NCBI GenBank assembly: GCA_937900465.1
Contig: CALCEJ010000155.1
Coordinates: 403 to 64,402, forward strand
Length of the DNA: 64,000 nt
Direction of reading: 5' to 3'
Origin: an uncultured Bacteroidales bacterium
GTDB taxonomy: Bacteria; Bacteroidota; Bacteroidia; Bacteroidales; UBA932
Shown: piece after piece, positions 1-9,984 of the stretch
Numbering within the stretch: the first letter of the stretch is position 1
How the letters are laid out: each line of letters begins with the position of its first letter
The notes under the pieces: model-generated
Seen by the model: the letters and a program-made list of their open reading frames with translations, nothing else
Told to the model about the DNA's origin: nothing
Database searches by the model: none
Translations under genes and position numbers: made by a program

Positions 1-702
1 GATCTTGTCCCCGTCCTTGGCCGCGTCATAGACGTCCTTGGAGGTTATCTTGTCGAGGGAGCGGAGCTCTGAAGGCTCATCAGTCATCTCCAGCCACTCG
101 CGGGCGGTACGGGCGACTCCCGTTGCGGAGCAGTATGCCTCCAGGCAGCCGGTCTTGCCGCAGCCGCAGGCGCGGCCGTTATGCCGGACGGCGCAGGTAT
201 GGCCCAGTTCTCCGGCAAAGCCGTCGTGTCCATAGACCACCTCTCCGTTGATGACGATGCCGGAGCCGACGCCGGTTCCAAGGGTAATCATAATAAAGTT
301 CTTCATACCCCTTGCGGCGCCATAAGTCATTTCACCGACAGCCGCGGCGTTTGCGTCATTGGTGAGCGAAACGGGAACGCCGTCAAGCTGCTCAGAGAGC
401 ATCTTCGCAAAGGGGAGGACCTTTGCTCCGCCCCACTTGAGGTTGGGGGCATATTCGATCGTACCGGTGTAGTAGTTGCCGTTAGGGGCGCCTACGCCGA
501 TACCGCGGATACGGCCTTCCGCGCCTGCGTCCGCTATTATGTGGTTGACAGCCTCTGCGAGGGATGCGATGAAAACAGATGCATCCGTAGTGTCATCCGA
601 GCGGATGACCGTCTGGGCGAGGACGGTTCCACGGGCGTCAACGACGCCGCACTTGGTGGTCTGGCCGCCTACGTCAATTCCGATTACTAAATCCTTTGCC
701 AT
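1..702 (-). CDS. ROK family sugar kinase (glucokinase-like), 3' end runs off the window
   Basis: Own translation from ATG at 702: MAKDLVIGIDVGGQTTKCG...GIGVGAPNG; CGCG zinc motif near 150-170. Not in the ORF track. Confidence 0.9.
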   Translation of the reverse strand, partial: MAKDLVIGIDVGGQTTKCGVVDARGTVLAQTVIRSDDTTDASVFIASLAEAVNHIIADAGAEGRIRGIGVGAPNGNYYTGTIEYAPNLKWGGAKVLPFAKMLSEQLDGVPVSLTNDANAAAVGEMTYGAARGMKNFIMITLGTGVGSGIVINGEVVYGHDGFAGELGHTCAVRHNGRACGCGKTGCLEAYCSATGVARTAREWLEMTDEPSELRSLDKITSKDVYDAAKDGDKI

Positions 703-708
703 AGATGA

Positions 709-2004
709 TTATGCTTTCTTGATTTTGGAGCCGATGACTGCGAAATAGAGGATGAATGCCGCACAGGCCGCCATCACCCAGTAGCTGGGCATATAGCCGG
801 CAGCGTCAGCGACTGCGTTCTGCACGAGCGGGACAATACCGCCACCGACGACCATTGCCATAAATATACCGGAAGCCTTCTCCGTAGCTGCGCCGAGCCC
901 TTCGACGGAAAGGTCGAAGATCGTCCCCCACATAACGGAGGTGCACAGGCCGCAGAGGACCAGAAGAAGCGCTGCGATAGGAACGGAGACGACACCGAAG
1001 CCCTTGCCCGTGAATACCGGCATGGACACAGTAGAACTGTTTCCAAGGAAGATTGCGAGGATGATAAGGACAAGAGCGACAGCGGAAACGCAGGTAAGCT
1101 GAGTCCTGGAGCTGACCTTGCCGGAGATCACGGAAGAAACCAGACGGCCGCAGAGCATCAGGAACCAGTATGTTCCGGCGACGAATCCTGCGATACCGGC
1201 GGCAGTCGCGGGATCGAGACCTGCGCCGTTAACGGAGTCAGCAAGGTAGAAGTTGAGGGTTCCGGGGATACCGACCTCAAGGCCCACATACAGGAAGATG
1301 GTGATTATGCCCATCACGAAGTGACGGAACTTGAAGGGGCTCACTGCAGGAGCCTGGCTCTTAGTTGCCTCGGGATCCTGGATGGGGACGAACAGGAGAA
1401 TTACAAATGCTACAAGGAACACTCCCATTGCCATAAACAGGAGGGTATTGACATCGGAAATCTGGGATTTACCCTTTACGAGTTCACCGATCATTGCACC
1501 CACAAGCATAGGTGTAAGGGTACCCATAAGGGAGTTGAAGGAGCCGCCGATCTGGATGTACTGGTTCGAACGCCTGCCGCCGAGGATCTTCAGCATAGGG
1601 TTCACGACGGTATTCAGCATACAGACGGAGAATCCGGCGATGAACGCGCCAAGCAGGTAGACGAAGAAGTTCGAAGGGATGCTGCCGATGGTGGAACCTA
1701 CGCCGACGATACCGGAGAGGAACTGTACGAGAACGCCGATAAAGCCCACGAGGAGGGCGGCGAGGGCGGTGTACTTGTAACCTTTCTTCTTGAGCATGTT
1801 GCCGGCAGGGATTCCCATTACGGCGTATGCCAGGAAGTTCATCATGTTACCCATCATTCCAAGCGTGTTGGATCCGTCGATACCGGGCTGCATCTTCCAG
1901 ATGTTGCCGATAGGAGCCGCCAGGTTGGTCACGAAGGAGATCATTCCGAACAGGAAAATCATCGTGATGACCGCGATGGCGTTACTGTTGTTTTTTGTAG
2001 ACAT
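709..2004 (-). CDS. MFS sugar transporter, FucP/GluP-like
   Basis: About 12 hydrophobic segments, NTVVNP and YVGLEVG motifs; adjacent to the ROK kinase. Confidence 0.85.
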   Translation of the reverse strand: MSTKNNSNAIAVITMIFLFGMISFVTNLAAPIGNIWKMQPGIDGSNTLGMMGNMMNFLAYAVMGIPAGNMLKKKGYKYTALAALLVGFIGVLVQFLSGIVGVGSTIGSIPSNFFVYLLGAFIAGFSVCMLNTVVNPMLKILGGRRSNQYIQIGGSFNSLMGTLTPMLVGAMIGELVKGKSQISDVNTLLFMAMGVFLVAFVILLFVPIQDPEATKSQAPAVSPFKFRHFVMGIITIFLYVGLEVGIPGTLNFYLADSVNGAGLDPATAAGIAGFVAGTYWFLMLCGRLVSSVISGKVSSRTQLTCVSAVALVLIILAIFLGNSSTVSMPVFTGKGFGVVSVPIAALLLVLCGLCTSVMWGTIFDLSVEGLGAATEKASGIFMAMVVGGGIVPLVQNAVADAAGYMPSYWVMAACAAFILYFAVIGSKIKKA

Positions 2005-2207
2005 TACGTTTAGATTTATTAGTTAGATAGTATTATCCGGTAAAATAGTTTTCAAATATAGTCAATTTTTCCGAGGTTTCCATATGCGATTTGTTTTTTA
2101 TTCTTTTTGAATAATCCGTCCCGGGCGATTATCCTTATTTGGGAGAAAAATTTTCCTTTTTGCAAATTCAAAGCATATTGCCTATATTTGCGCCAAAGAA
2201 AAAAAAT

Positions 2208-3131
2208 ATGGACAACGACATTTTTACCCTGGATATCCCCCACCTCAGGGCCCTCCTGCCCCGGACCCACAAGTACGAGGTAGGAAACGGGCTGCTCCTG
2301 TGCCAGCTCTCGGAGGAAACTCTCGCGGACAACCCCCCGGACATCCTCAGCCACCCGATCCGGATGGACTGCTACTGCTGCTTCTTCTGTATCAGGGGCG
2401 AATACCGGCTTGAGATCAACCTCAAGCAGTATCACATAAAACCCAACACCCTTTTCGTAAATATTCCCGGCAACATTCTCAAAAGCGGCGAGCCCGAGGT
2501 CAGGGAAGGAACCAGCATCCTTCTGGTACTGATATCCAAGGACCTTATGCACAACGTCAGGATAGACTTCAACAAAGTGTTCCAGGAGTCGCTGAGGGTT
2601 ATGGACTCCCCCTGCATCGAGCTGAATCCGGAGCAGTTGGACCTTGCGAAGCAGTATCTCTACCTCGCCCAGAAAATAGTGGATTCGGATCTTTCCCGGA
2701 AGGAGGAGGAAATCTCCGGACTCCTGTTATCCCTGACGAATTTCCTTCTGGACATATGGTCCCGGAACATTTCCGCAGCGGAGATGCACAACACCATCGA
2801 CAAGTCCTCGCTCAGGTTGAAAACGGTTCTGGACCGCTTCCTCAGCCTTGCATCGGCTAATTATGCAAGGGAAAGGGGGATGGCCTTTTACGCTGAAAAG
2901 ATGAACCTGACGCCCAAGTACCTGTCGAAGCTTGTGCGGCAGGCCTCGGGGCGTTCCGCCCCCGAATGGATTGACGAATTCGTCATCCTGGACGCAAAGA
3001 ATATGCTCCGGTATTCGGACAAGACCATCAAGGAAATAGTCTATCAGCTGAATTTCCCGAACCAGTCCGTCTTCTACAAATTCTTCAAGGCCCATACAGG
3101 CATGACCCCGTCTGAGTACCGGCACGGCTAG
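2208..3131 (+). CDS. AraC family transcriptional regulator
   Basis: C-terminal double HTH (LTPKYLSK...FKAHTGMTPSEYR); start MDND chosen downstream of TATATTTG at 2183. Confidence 0.92.
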   Translation: MDNDIFTLDIPHLRALLPRTHKYEVGNGLLLCQLSEETLADNPPDILSHPIRMDCYCCFFCIRGEYRLEINLKQYHIKPNTLFVNIPGNILKSGEPEVREGTSILLVLISKDLMHNVRIDFNKVFQESLRVMDSPCIELNPEQLDLAKQYLYLAQKIVDSDLSRKEEEISGLLLSLTNFLLDIWSRNISAAEMHNTIDKSSLRLKTVLDRFLSLASANYARERGMAFYAEKMNLTPKYLSKLVRQASGRSAPEWIDEFVILDAKNMLRYSDKTIKEIVYQLNFPNQSVFYKFFKAHTGMTPSEYRHG

Positions 3132-3181
3132 CGCTTATTCCCATATTTTTACTATCTTTGCGTGTTTTTATTGATACCCCT

Positions 3182-4696
3182 ATGGCAAACATCGAACTGA
3201 ACGAACAGGAGCTGGGAAGAAGGGAATCCCTCGCAAAGCTCCGTGAACTTGGAATCAACCCCTATCCGGCACCGCTGTACCCGGTCAACACGACAACCCG
3301 TGAAATTGAAGCCGGCTATAAACCCGAGCTCGGGAACTTCCAGGATGTCTGCATTGCAGGAAGGATTATGAGCCGCCGCATTATGGGCGCCGCATCCTTT
3401 ATGGAACTGCAGGATTCCGAAGGCAGGATCCAGGTCTACATCAAGCGTGATGAGATCTGCCCCGGAGAGGACAAGACGATGTACAACACCGTGTTCAAGA
3501 AACTCCTTGATATCGGTGACATCATAGGTATCAAGGGCTTCGCCTTCTTCACGCAGACCGGGCAGCTCTCTGTCCACGCAAAGGAACTGACCGTCCTTTC
3601 GAAGTCCCTCCGCGTCCTTCCCATCGTGAAGACCGACGCTGACGGCACTGTCCACGACAGCTTCGAAGACCCCGAACTCCGTTACCGTCAGAGGTATGTG
3701 GACCTCGTGGTGAACCCCCAGGTCAAGGACGTTTTCTTCAAGCGTACCCAGATCATCAATACGATGCGCCAGTGCTTTAACGAAGCCGGCTGCCTCGAGG
3801 TGGAGACCCCTATCCTGCAGCCTATCCCCGGCGGCGCAACCGCACGTCCTTTCATAACCCATCACAACGCCCTTGACGTCGATATGTATATGAGGATTGC
3901 CAATGAGCTTTACCTCAAACGCCTCATCGTCGGAGGCTTCTCCGGTGTCTACGAATTCGCGAAGAACTTCCGCAACGAGGGTATGGACAAGACCCATAAT
4001 CCGGAGTTCACCTGCGTTGAGATGTACTGCGCCTACAAGGACTATCTCTGGATGATGGAATTCACGGAGAATATGCTTGAAAGGGTTGCGGAGGCAACCG
4101 GAGGAGTCGTGAAGCAGGTGGGCGGAAACGAGGTTTCCTTCAAGGGCCCATACCGCCGGCTCCCCATCCTCGAGGCCATCAAGGAATACGCCGGCGTCGA
4201 TGTCAAGGGAATGGGCGAAGAGGATCTCCGCGCCGTATGCCGCAGGCTCGACGTCGAGGTCTCTCCTGAGATGGGCGTAGGCAAACTCATTGATGCGATA
4301 TTCGGAGAATACTGCGAGAAGAATCTCATCCAGCCCACATTCATCATCGACTACCCTGTCGAGATGTCTCCCCTTACAAAACGCTGCCGATACGACGACT
4401 CTCTCACGGAGAGGTTCGAGCTCTTCGTCAACGGAAAGGAACTTGCAAACGCCTATTCTGAGCTGAACGACCCCATCGACCAGCTGGACCGGTTCGAAGA
4501 ACAGGCGGCGCTCAAGTCAAAGGGTGACGACGAGGCGATGTACATCGATTATGACTTTGTCCGCGCTCTCGAGTACGGTATGCCTCCGACTTCGGGTATC
4601 GGTATCGGCATCGACCGCCTGACTATGTTTATGACGGGCGCTGAGAGCATCCAGGACGTCCTCTTCTTCCCGATGATGCGTCCCGAGAAGTTCTAG
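3182..4696 (+). CDS. lysS: lysine--tRNA ligase (class II)
   Basis: RYRQRYVDL, FRNEG..THNPEFT, GMPPTSGIGIGIDRL motifs. Confidence 0.98.
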   Translation: MANIELNEQELGRRESLAKLRELGINPYPAPLYPVNTTTREIEAGYKPELGNFQDVCIAGRIMSRRIMGAASFMELQDSEGRIQVYIKRDEICPGEDKTMYNTVFKKLLDIGDIIGIKGFAFFTQTGQLSVHAKELTVLSKSLRVLPIVKTDADGTVHDSFEDPELRYRQRYVDLVVNPQVKDVFFKRTQIINTMRQCFNEAGCLEVETPILQPIPGGATARPFITHHNALDVDMYMRIANELYLKRLIVGGFSGVYEFAKNFRNEGMDKTHNPEFTCVEMYCAYKDYLWMMEFTENMLERVAEATGGVVKQVGGNEVSFKGPYRRLPILEAIKEYAGVDVKGMGEEDLRAVCRRLDVEVSPEMGVGKLIDAIFGEYCEKNLIQPTFIIDYPVEMSPLTKRCRYDDSLTERFELFVNGKELANAYSELNDPIDQLDRFEEQAALKSKGDDEAMYIDYDFVRALEYGMPPTSGIGIGIDRLTMFMTGAESIQDVLFFPMMRPEKF

Positions 4697-5545
4697 ATGC
4701 ATACTGAAAGGATTACATCGGCATCGAATCCGAAGATAAAGAACCTGCTTCTTCTCCAGGAGAAATCCCGCGCACGCAAGGAGCAGGGTCTCTTTGTAGT
4801 CGAAGGCCGGCGCGAACTCTCCCACTGCATAGGTGCCGGCTTCCGTGTCCGTACCCTTTTCATCTGTCCGGAAATCGCCGGCAGGGAAAGGCTTTCTTCC
4901 GCGTCGCTTCGCGACCGTATCACGGCAAATGCTCCAGAAAGCCTTTCCCTGCCGGAAATCACGAGAGTAGTTGAATTAACAGAAGAGATCTACAGGAAAG
5001 TGGCGTACAGGGAGAGCACGGAGGGGATAATCGCGGAGGTTGAAGCCAAAGAGAATCACCTTGAGCAGCTGGAGCTGCCGGAGAATCCGCTTGTGGTCGT
5101 ACTTGAAGGAGTCGAGAAGCCAGGGAATCTAGGAGCGGTGCTGCGGAGCGCAGATGCCGCAAAGGCCGATGCCGTCATCGTCGCAGATCCGCTTACGGAC
5201 CTCTGGAACCCGAATCTTATCCGCGCAAGCATAGGAGCCGTGTTCACCGTCCCAACATTCGCCGTTTCTACCGTGGAGGCCATCGGCTGGCTGCAAAGCC
5301 ACGGATTCTCAATCCTTACGGCCCAGCTCCAGGACTCCCTCCCCTACTACGACACACCTATGACCGGCCCTACCGCCATCGTTATGGGCACGGAATCAAC
5401 AGGTCTCACTGACCCCTGGCGCCGCGCCGCCACGGCCCATATCCGCATCCCGATGCTGGGCCGTCTGGACAGCCTCAACGTTTCAGTCAGCGCGGCCATC
5501 CTCCTGTTCGAGGCCGTCCGTCAGAGGCGTAAAATCAAGGATTAG
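4697..5545 (+). CDS. TrmH/SpoU family RNA methyltransferase with an in-frame palindromic insertion
   Basis: EKPGNLGAVLRSA, GTESTGL, IPMLGRLDSLNVS SPOUT motifs. Confidence 0.93.
   Translation: MHTERITSASNPKIKNLLLLQEKSRARKEQGLFVVEGRRELSHCIGAGFRVRTLFICPEIAGRERLSSASLRDRITANAPESLSLPEITRVVELTEEIYRKVAYRESTEGIIAEVEAKENHLEQLELPENPLVVVLEGVEKPGNLGAVLRSADAAKADAVIVADPLTDLWNPNLIRASIGAVFTVPTFAVSTVEAIGWLQSHGFSILTAQLQDSLPYYDTPMTGPTAIVMGTESTGLTDPWRRAATAHIRIPMLGRLDSLNVSVSAAILLFEAVRQRRKIKD
4878..4955 (+). repeat. Coding palindromic element, copy 1 (20-bp perfect stem, 38-nt loop)
   Basis: CCGGCAGGGAAAGGCTTTCT 4878-4897 and its reverse complement 4936-4955; loop 34/38 identical to the cysS copy. Confidence 0.9.
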
Positions 5546-6051
5546 AACGGAAGGTCGTCAGTGGGGGCGTCCGTTCCGGCCGCGGGCTGGACGGGATTCT
5601 GATAAGGCGACTGGGAAGGCTGAGGCTGGACTCGCTGCTGCGGGGCAGCCTGAGGCTGGGCGGGTTGGGCCTGATAGGCGCCCTGTCCGTCCTGTCCTTC
5701 CTGACGACGGTCCAGAAGTTCAAGCGTATCTACTACAATCTCAGTAGTGTAGCGCTGGACTCCGTCCTGTCCGGTGTAGTTACGCGTACGCAGACGACCT
5801 TCAATGAAGAGTTTCGTTCCCTTATGGACATACTTTTCACAAACGTCTGCGTTTCCTCTCCAGGCGACAATGTTGTGCCACTCCGTATTCTCGTGCACCT
5901 CGCCGTTACGGTCGCGGTAGCGCTCCGAGGTAGCAAGCGGGAAGGACGCGACTTTTGCATTTGCCTGAGGGTTCTGGGGATTCGATTCGAGGTAACGTAC
6001 AGAAGGGTCTTTACCAACGTTACCGATTAGCATTACTTTATTGAGACTCAT
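5542..6051 (-). CDS. ssb: single-stranded DNA-binding protein
   Basis: MSLNKVMLIGNVGKDP, TEWHNIV, C-terminal DDLPF. Confidence 0.97.
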   Translation of the reverse strand: MSLNKVMLIGNVGKDPSVRYLESNPQNPQANAKVASFPLATSERYRDRNGEVHENTEWHNIVAWRGNADVCEKYVHKGTKLFIEGRLRTRNYTGQDGVQRYTTEIVVDTLELLDRRQEGQDGQGAYQAQPAQPQAAPQQRVQPQPSQSPYQNPVQPAAGTDAPTDDLPF

Positions 6052-6100
6052 AACGTTAAATATTTTTCCAAAGATACGGAAAAATAAAAAGACCCGCAAA

Positions 6101-7102
6101 CTATTTTTTTCTCAGCGACTCGTGGATATAGGCCTCGGTCCCAAGCAGGATCTGGGTAAGGACGTTCGTCTCGTGGGAGAGGGTTGCGAAGAGGATTCCA
6201 GTGGTCTCAAAGGGCAGTCCGTAGATTGAGGAGATTCCGCTCGCAACAAGCCAGTGGAATGCGCCGAACCCGCCGGGGACAGGGACGACCGAACTGATGG
6301 ACCCGATACAGGTAAGGAACAGGGCGTCAGCGGGTCCCAGCCCGTCGAGGGCCGGGATGGACTTCATCACGAAAAAGCTTGCCATCCAGTAGACGGTCCA
6401 AATCAGCGCCGTGTACAACAGGTACAGCCATCCGCTGCGGATATGGAATATGGATTTTACACCCTCGAAAGCCCTCGCGAGAAAGTTCCAGACCGCATTC
6501 CAGAACTTGCCCCGCGCCCGGAATTTCCAGCAAAGGAAAATGAACAGGACGGCGATGGCGACGGCGGCAGCGGCAATGATGGCAAGGGCGACACTGCCCT
6601 TCATCCTCGTGAAAACCGTCCTTTCAAGGAAGTCCCCGAACCTGTTCCACATCAATCCGAAAGTGATGATAATCAGCACTATCCCTGCCGCGGTGTCGCA
6701 CAGGCGGTCTGCAACCATGGACCCCAGGACCTTGTCAACCGGCGCGAGTTTCTTTCCTTCGCGGTCCAGGGCGGAATGCCTTGAGACGTAGGCGCAGCGG
6801 ATGAATTCCCCCGCGCGGGGGACCACCATATTCGAGACCATACAGATTGCGTATGCATTGTAGCAGGTGATGCGTTTTGTGGACGGGTCCAGCGTCAGAA
6901 GCTGCATCCTCCACCGGAGGCCCCTCAGAATCATTATGACGATCGCGCAACCCGCCGCCGGAAGCAGATACCACCATCGGCAGGTCCTGAGCCCATACAG
7001 GAACTCATTCCACTGTACTTCCCTGAAACAGAAATACAGCAGGAGCACCGCCACTGCCGCAAGGATCAGGCCCCGGAGGAAATCTTTTGCTTTCTTTTGC
7101 AT
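6101..7102 (-). CDS. lysylphosphatidylglycerol synthase TM-domain (UPF0104-like) membrane protein
   Basis: Multi-TM; RGLRW, PRAGEFIR, PVPGGFG motifs. Confidence 0.8.
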   Translation of the reverse strand: MQKKAKDFLRGLILAAVAVLLLYFCFREVQWNEFLYGLRTCRWWYLLPAAGCAIVIMILRGLRWRMQLLTLDPSTKRITCYNAYAICMVSNMVVPRAGEFIRCAYVSRHSALDREGKKLAPVDKVLGSMVADRLCDTAAGIVLIIITFGLMWNRFGDFLERTVFTRMKGSVALAIIAAAAVAIAVLFIFLCWKFRARGKFWNAVWNFLARAFEGVKSIFHIRSGWLYLLYTALIWTVYWMASFFVMKSIPALDGLGPADALFLTCIGSISSVVPVPGGFGAFHWLVASGISSIYGLPFETTGILFATLSHETNVLTQILLGTEAYIHESLRKK

Positions 7103-7174
7103 ACCGAAGGACAAAGATAGTGTAAAATCCCCAAAATTGGTTATATTTGTACTTCACAACAACCCCAACCAAAA

Positions 7175-8170
7175 GTGATGAAATCCATTCTTGCAATCGG
7201 CAACGCCCTGACTGACATCCTTGCTGTCCTTCCGGACGACACCCTCCTCAAAGAATATCATCTTCCCCGCGGCAGTATGCAGCACGTGGATATGGAAACG
7301 GGAGACAGGATTTGGGAGGCCCTCAAGCAGGTGGGCGTGAAGTATGTCCCCGGAGGATCCGCAGCAAACACCATTACCTGTACGTCCATCTTCGGAATGC
7401 CTTCCGGCTTTCTTGGAAAGATAGGTGACGATGACCTCGGAAACCTCTTCAAGAGCACAATGGAGCAGTATGGCGTCAAGGCGAATATGCTTTACAGCCA
7501 GAAATCTTCCGGGCGGTGTATGGTCTTCATCACCGGGGCCAATGCTGAACGGACTTTCGCGGATTATATGGGCGCGACCCTTGAGCTGGGGCCGGAAGAC
7601 CTGAAGCCGGAGTATTTCGAAGGCTACGACTATTTCCACATCGAGGGCTACCTCGTCCAGAATCAGGATCTTATCTCCCGTGCCGCCCAGCTCGCAAAGG
7701 CCGCCGGATGCATCATCTCGATCGATATGGCCTCCTACAACGTCGTAGAGTCCAACAATGCCTTTTTCCACAACCTCGTTGACAAGTACGTAGATATCGT
7801 CTTCGCGAATGAGACGGAGGCCCGCGCCTTCTCGAAGATGGAGCCCCGCGAAGCCCTCGATGACCTTGCGGCCCGCTGCGAGATCGCTGTCGTAAAGGTC
7901 GGAAAAGACGGGTCTATGGTCAAAAGCGGTAACGAATACCACTTCATCGAGTCCTGGCCCGCCACGCCCGTCGACGCGACTGGCGCCGGCGACACCTATG
8001 CCGCCGGCTTCCTTTATGCCCATTCGCTGGGGATGCCCCTTCGCGTCTGCGGCGAAGTCGGGTCCATCATTGCGGCGAAGGTCGTGGAAGTCATCGGCAC
8101 AAAAATCGACATCCCCCGCTGGAAGGACGCCAAGCAGGAAATACGTGAACTCATTGCCGCAAATTCCTGA
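7175..8170 (+). CDS. PfkB family carbohydrate/adenosine kinase
   Basis: GNALTD, GGSAAN, DATGAGD motifs. Confidence 0.92.
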   Translation: MMKSILAIGNALTDILAVLPDDTLLKEYHLPRGSMQHVDMETGDRIWEALKQVGVKYVPGGSAANTITCTSIFGMPSGFLGKIGDDDLGNLFKSTMEQYGVKANMLYSQKSSGRCMVFITGANAERTFADYMGATLELGPEDLKPEYFEGYDYFHIEGYLVQNQDLISRAAQLAKAAGCIISIDMASYNVVESNNAFFHNLVDKYVDIVFANETEARAFSKMEPREALDDLAARCEIAVVKVGKDGSMVKSGNEYHFIESWPATPVDATGAGDTYAAGFLYAHSLGMPLRVCGEVGSIIAAKVVEVIGTKIDIPRWKDAKQEIRELIAANS

Positions 8171-8697
8171 TGTTCAAGCCTTTAAAAGGATTATTCCGCC
8201 GCTACAGCCTCCGAAAGAACGCATCTTCCGAGCCAACGGGAATCCATCCCCTCGGGTCCATACGTAGCGTCGTTGCGCTTGTCGACGTGGAAGACACGAC
8301 TTTTGACGAGTGTAAGAATGCGCTCAATGCCTTTTTTCGGGAGCGTGGAATAAAGGGAGACATCTTCTTCTTCGATTTCCGCCGCCTTACGGAAGGTGAG
8401 CGTCTCATTACCAGTATCAAGACGACGGTCCTCAGGAAGGACCTCAACTGGTACGGCCGTCCCTCGGACGAGAAGGTCCAGCTTATGCTTCAGGGAGAGC
8501 CCGATATGCTCCTGTCGCTGATTCCTTCCGCCGGCTTCCCCGTAGAATATGTGGCGTCGTGCTCCAGGGCGCGTTTCAAGGTCGGGCGCGAACAGCTTCC
8601 GGGCGGGGTTTTCGACATTGTGGTCAGCGGCACTTCGGACGCCTCGCAGCTGGATGTATTCAACTGGATGGTAAAAATACTCGACACTATAGAATGA
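8170..8697 (+). CDS. conserved Bacteroidetes hypothetical protein
   Basis: Translationally coupled ORF; KDLNWYGRP and SRARFKVG motifs. Confidence 0.7.
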   Translation: MFKPLKGLFRRYSLRKNASSEPTGIHPLGSIRSVVALVDVEDTTFDECKNALNAFFRERGIKGDIFFFDFRRLTEGERLITSIKTTVLRKDLNWYGRPSDEKVQLMLQGEPDMLLSLIPSAGFPVEYVASCSRARFKVGREQLPGGVFDIVVSGTSDASQLDVFNWMVKILDTIE

Positions 8698-9176
8698 AGA
8701 CTCTCTGGCACTACATAATCGTATTCTTGATTTCGATGGTCCCCCTTATCGAACTCCGCGGCGCAATTCCTTATGCCGTGGGCTTCGGGCTTGACATCGT
8801 TCCGGCCATAATCATCTCCGTCCTTGGAAATATGATTCCGGTTCCTTTCATTTTCCTTTTCGCAAGAAAGGTTCTCCTGTGGGGAAAGGACAAGAAGATC
8901 ATAGGCGGCTTTTTCACCTGGTGCCTTGAAAAGGGCGAAAAAGGCGGAAGGAAGCTCGAGGCCAAGGCCGGCCGCGGCCTGTACTGGGCGCTGCTTCTGT
9001 TTGTGGGCATCCCTGTTCCGGGGACCGGCGCCTGGACCGGCACCCTCGCCGCCAGTATTCTCAATATGGACTTTAAAAAGAGTGTCCTGTTCGTTCTCCT
9101 AGGGGTCCTTCTAGCCGGTACGATTATGCTCGCCGCTTCCCTTGGCGTATTCGGAGCGATTCAGCTTGTGAAATAG
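8694..9176 (+). CDS. small multidrug export (COG2426-like) membrane protein
   Basis: PLIELRGAIP and FVGIPVPGTGAWTG motifs; ATGA overlap with the upstream gene. Confidence 0.85.
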   Translation: MKTLWHYIIVFLISMVPLIELRGAIPYAVGFGLDIVPAIIISVLGNMIPVPFIFLFARKVLLWGKDKKIIGGFFTWCLEKGEKGGRKLEAKAGRGLYWALLLFVGIPVPGTGAWTGTLAASILNMDFKKSVLFVLLGVLLAGTIMLAASLGVFGAIQLVK

Positions 9177-9232
9177 TTATTCCGCCCCCAGCACCAGCTC
9201 CACCGGACAATGGTCGGAGCCGAAGATTTCTC

Positions 9233-9787
9233 TTACAAACAAATAGTCAGACAAGCTTTTATCCCCGTCGACCATTGCGCCTCCCTATACAAGGATGCAA
9301 GACCGACTGAGATATTTGTATTCCGCCACAGGTTTACTCCCAAGCCTGGACAAACACAGGAATAAGTCCTCCAGTATGGTGGAGATTGCAATTCCCCTGT
9401 CTGGAAATACACTTCATCAGCATTAACCTTATAAAAATACTGCAAACCAAGCTGGCCTTCAACAAAGAGGAACAATCTGCGTCTTTCCGAAAAAAAGATA
9501 TATCCTTTACCATAAAGATGCATTGGAATAGAATGCCTGCTGGCAGGATAAGCATTCCACGTTTCGACCCCATAACCGGCCCCCAGGCCGGCAACGACAT
9601 CCTTGAAACGAACCCCCGTATTTAATGTATTAACGCTGTGAGGGATAAAAACCTGGGTTTGTGCAGATACCTCCAAAAACAAGTTCCTATCTTTATGATT
9701 ATCTTGAGAATAGGCTTCAATTTCGGATAATGATGCACATACGATTGCAAAGATTGCAAGGGCAGCGAATGACAATATCTTTTTCAT
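9233..9787 (-). CDS. hypothetical secreted, possibly outer-membrane beta-barrel protein (cassette cargo)
   Basis: Signal peptide MKKILSFAAL; alternating aromatic/Gly strands; low GC. Confidence 0.6.
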   Translation of the reverse strand: MKKILSFAALAIFAIVCASLSEIEAYSQDNHKDRNLFLEVSAQTQVFIPHSVNTLNTGVRFKDVVAGLGAGYGVETWNAYPASRHSIPMHLYGKGYIFFSERRRLFLFVEGQLGLQYFYKVNADEVYFQTGELQSPPYWRTYSCVCPGLGVNLWRNTNISVGLASLYREAQWSTGIKACLTICL

Positions 9788-9914
9788 ACCTAATGCTTTA
9801 TAAAACAACGACACGTAAATCTACTCATTATTTTTAAAACTCCAATAGTTTTAATTCCTGACGTTGTCCTATGCGCTGCCGCGGGAGCATAAGCATATGT
9901 GGTGCTTCAGTTAA

Positions 9915-9966
9915 TTTTAGACGGGTGCCCAAGTTTCTCATTTTTAACTTAGGCACCCGTCTAAAA
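9915..9966. repeat. Inverted repeat hairpin (terminator or MITE-like remnant)
   Basis: TTTTAGACGGGTGCCCAAGTT ... AACTTAGGCACCCGTCTAAAA, one mismatch. Confidence 0.65.
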
Positions 9967-9984
9967 CACTAGAAGACTATATTT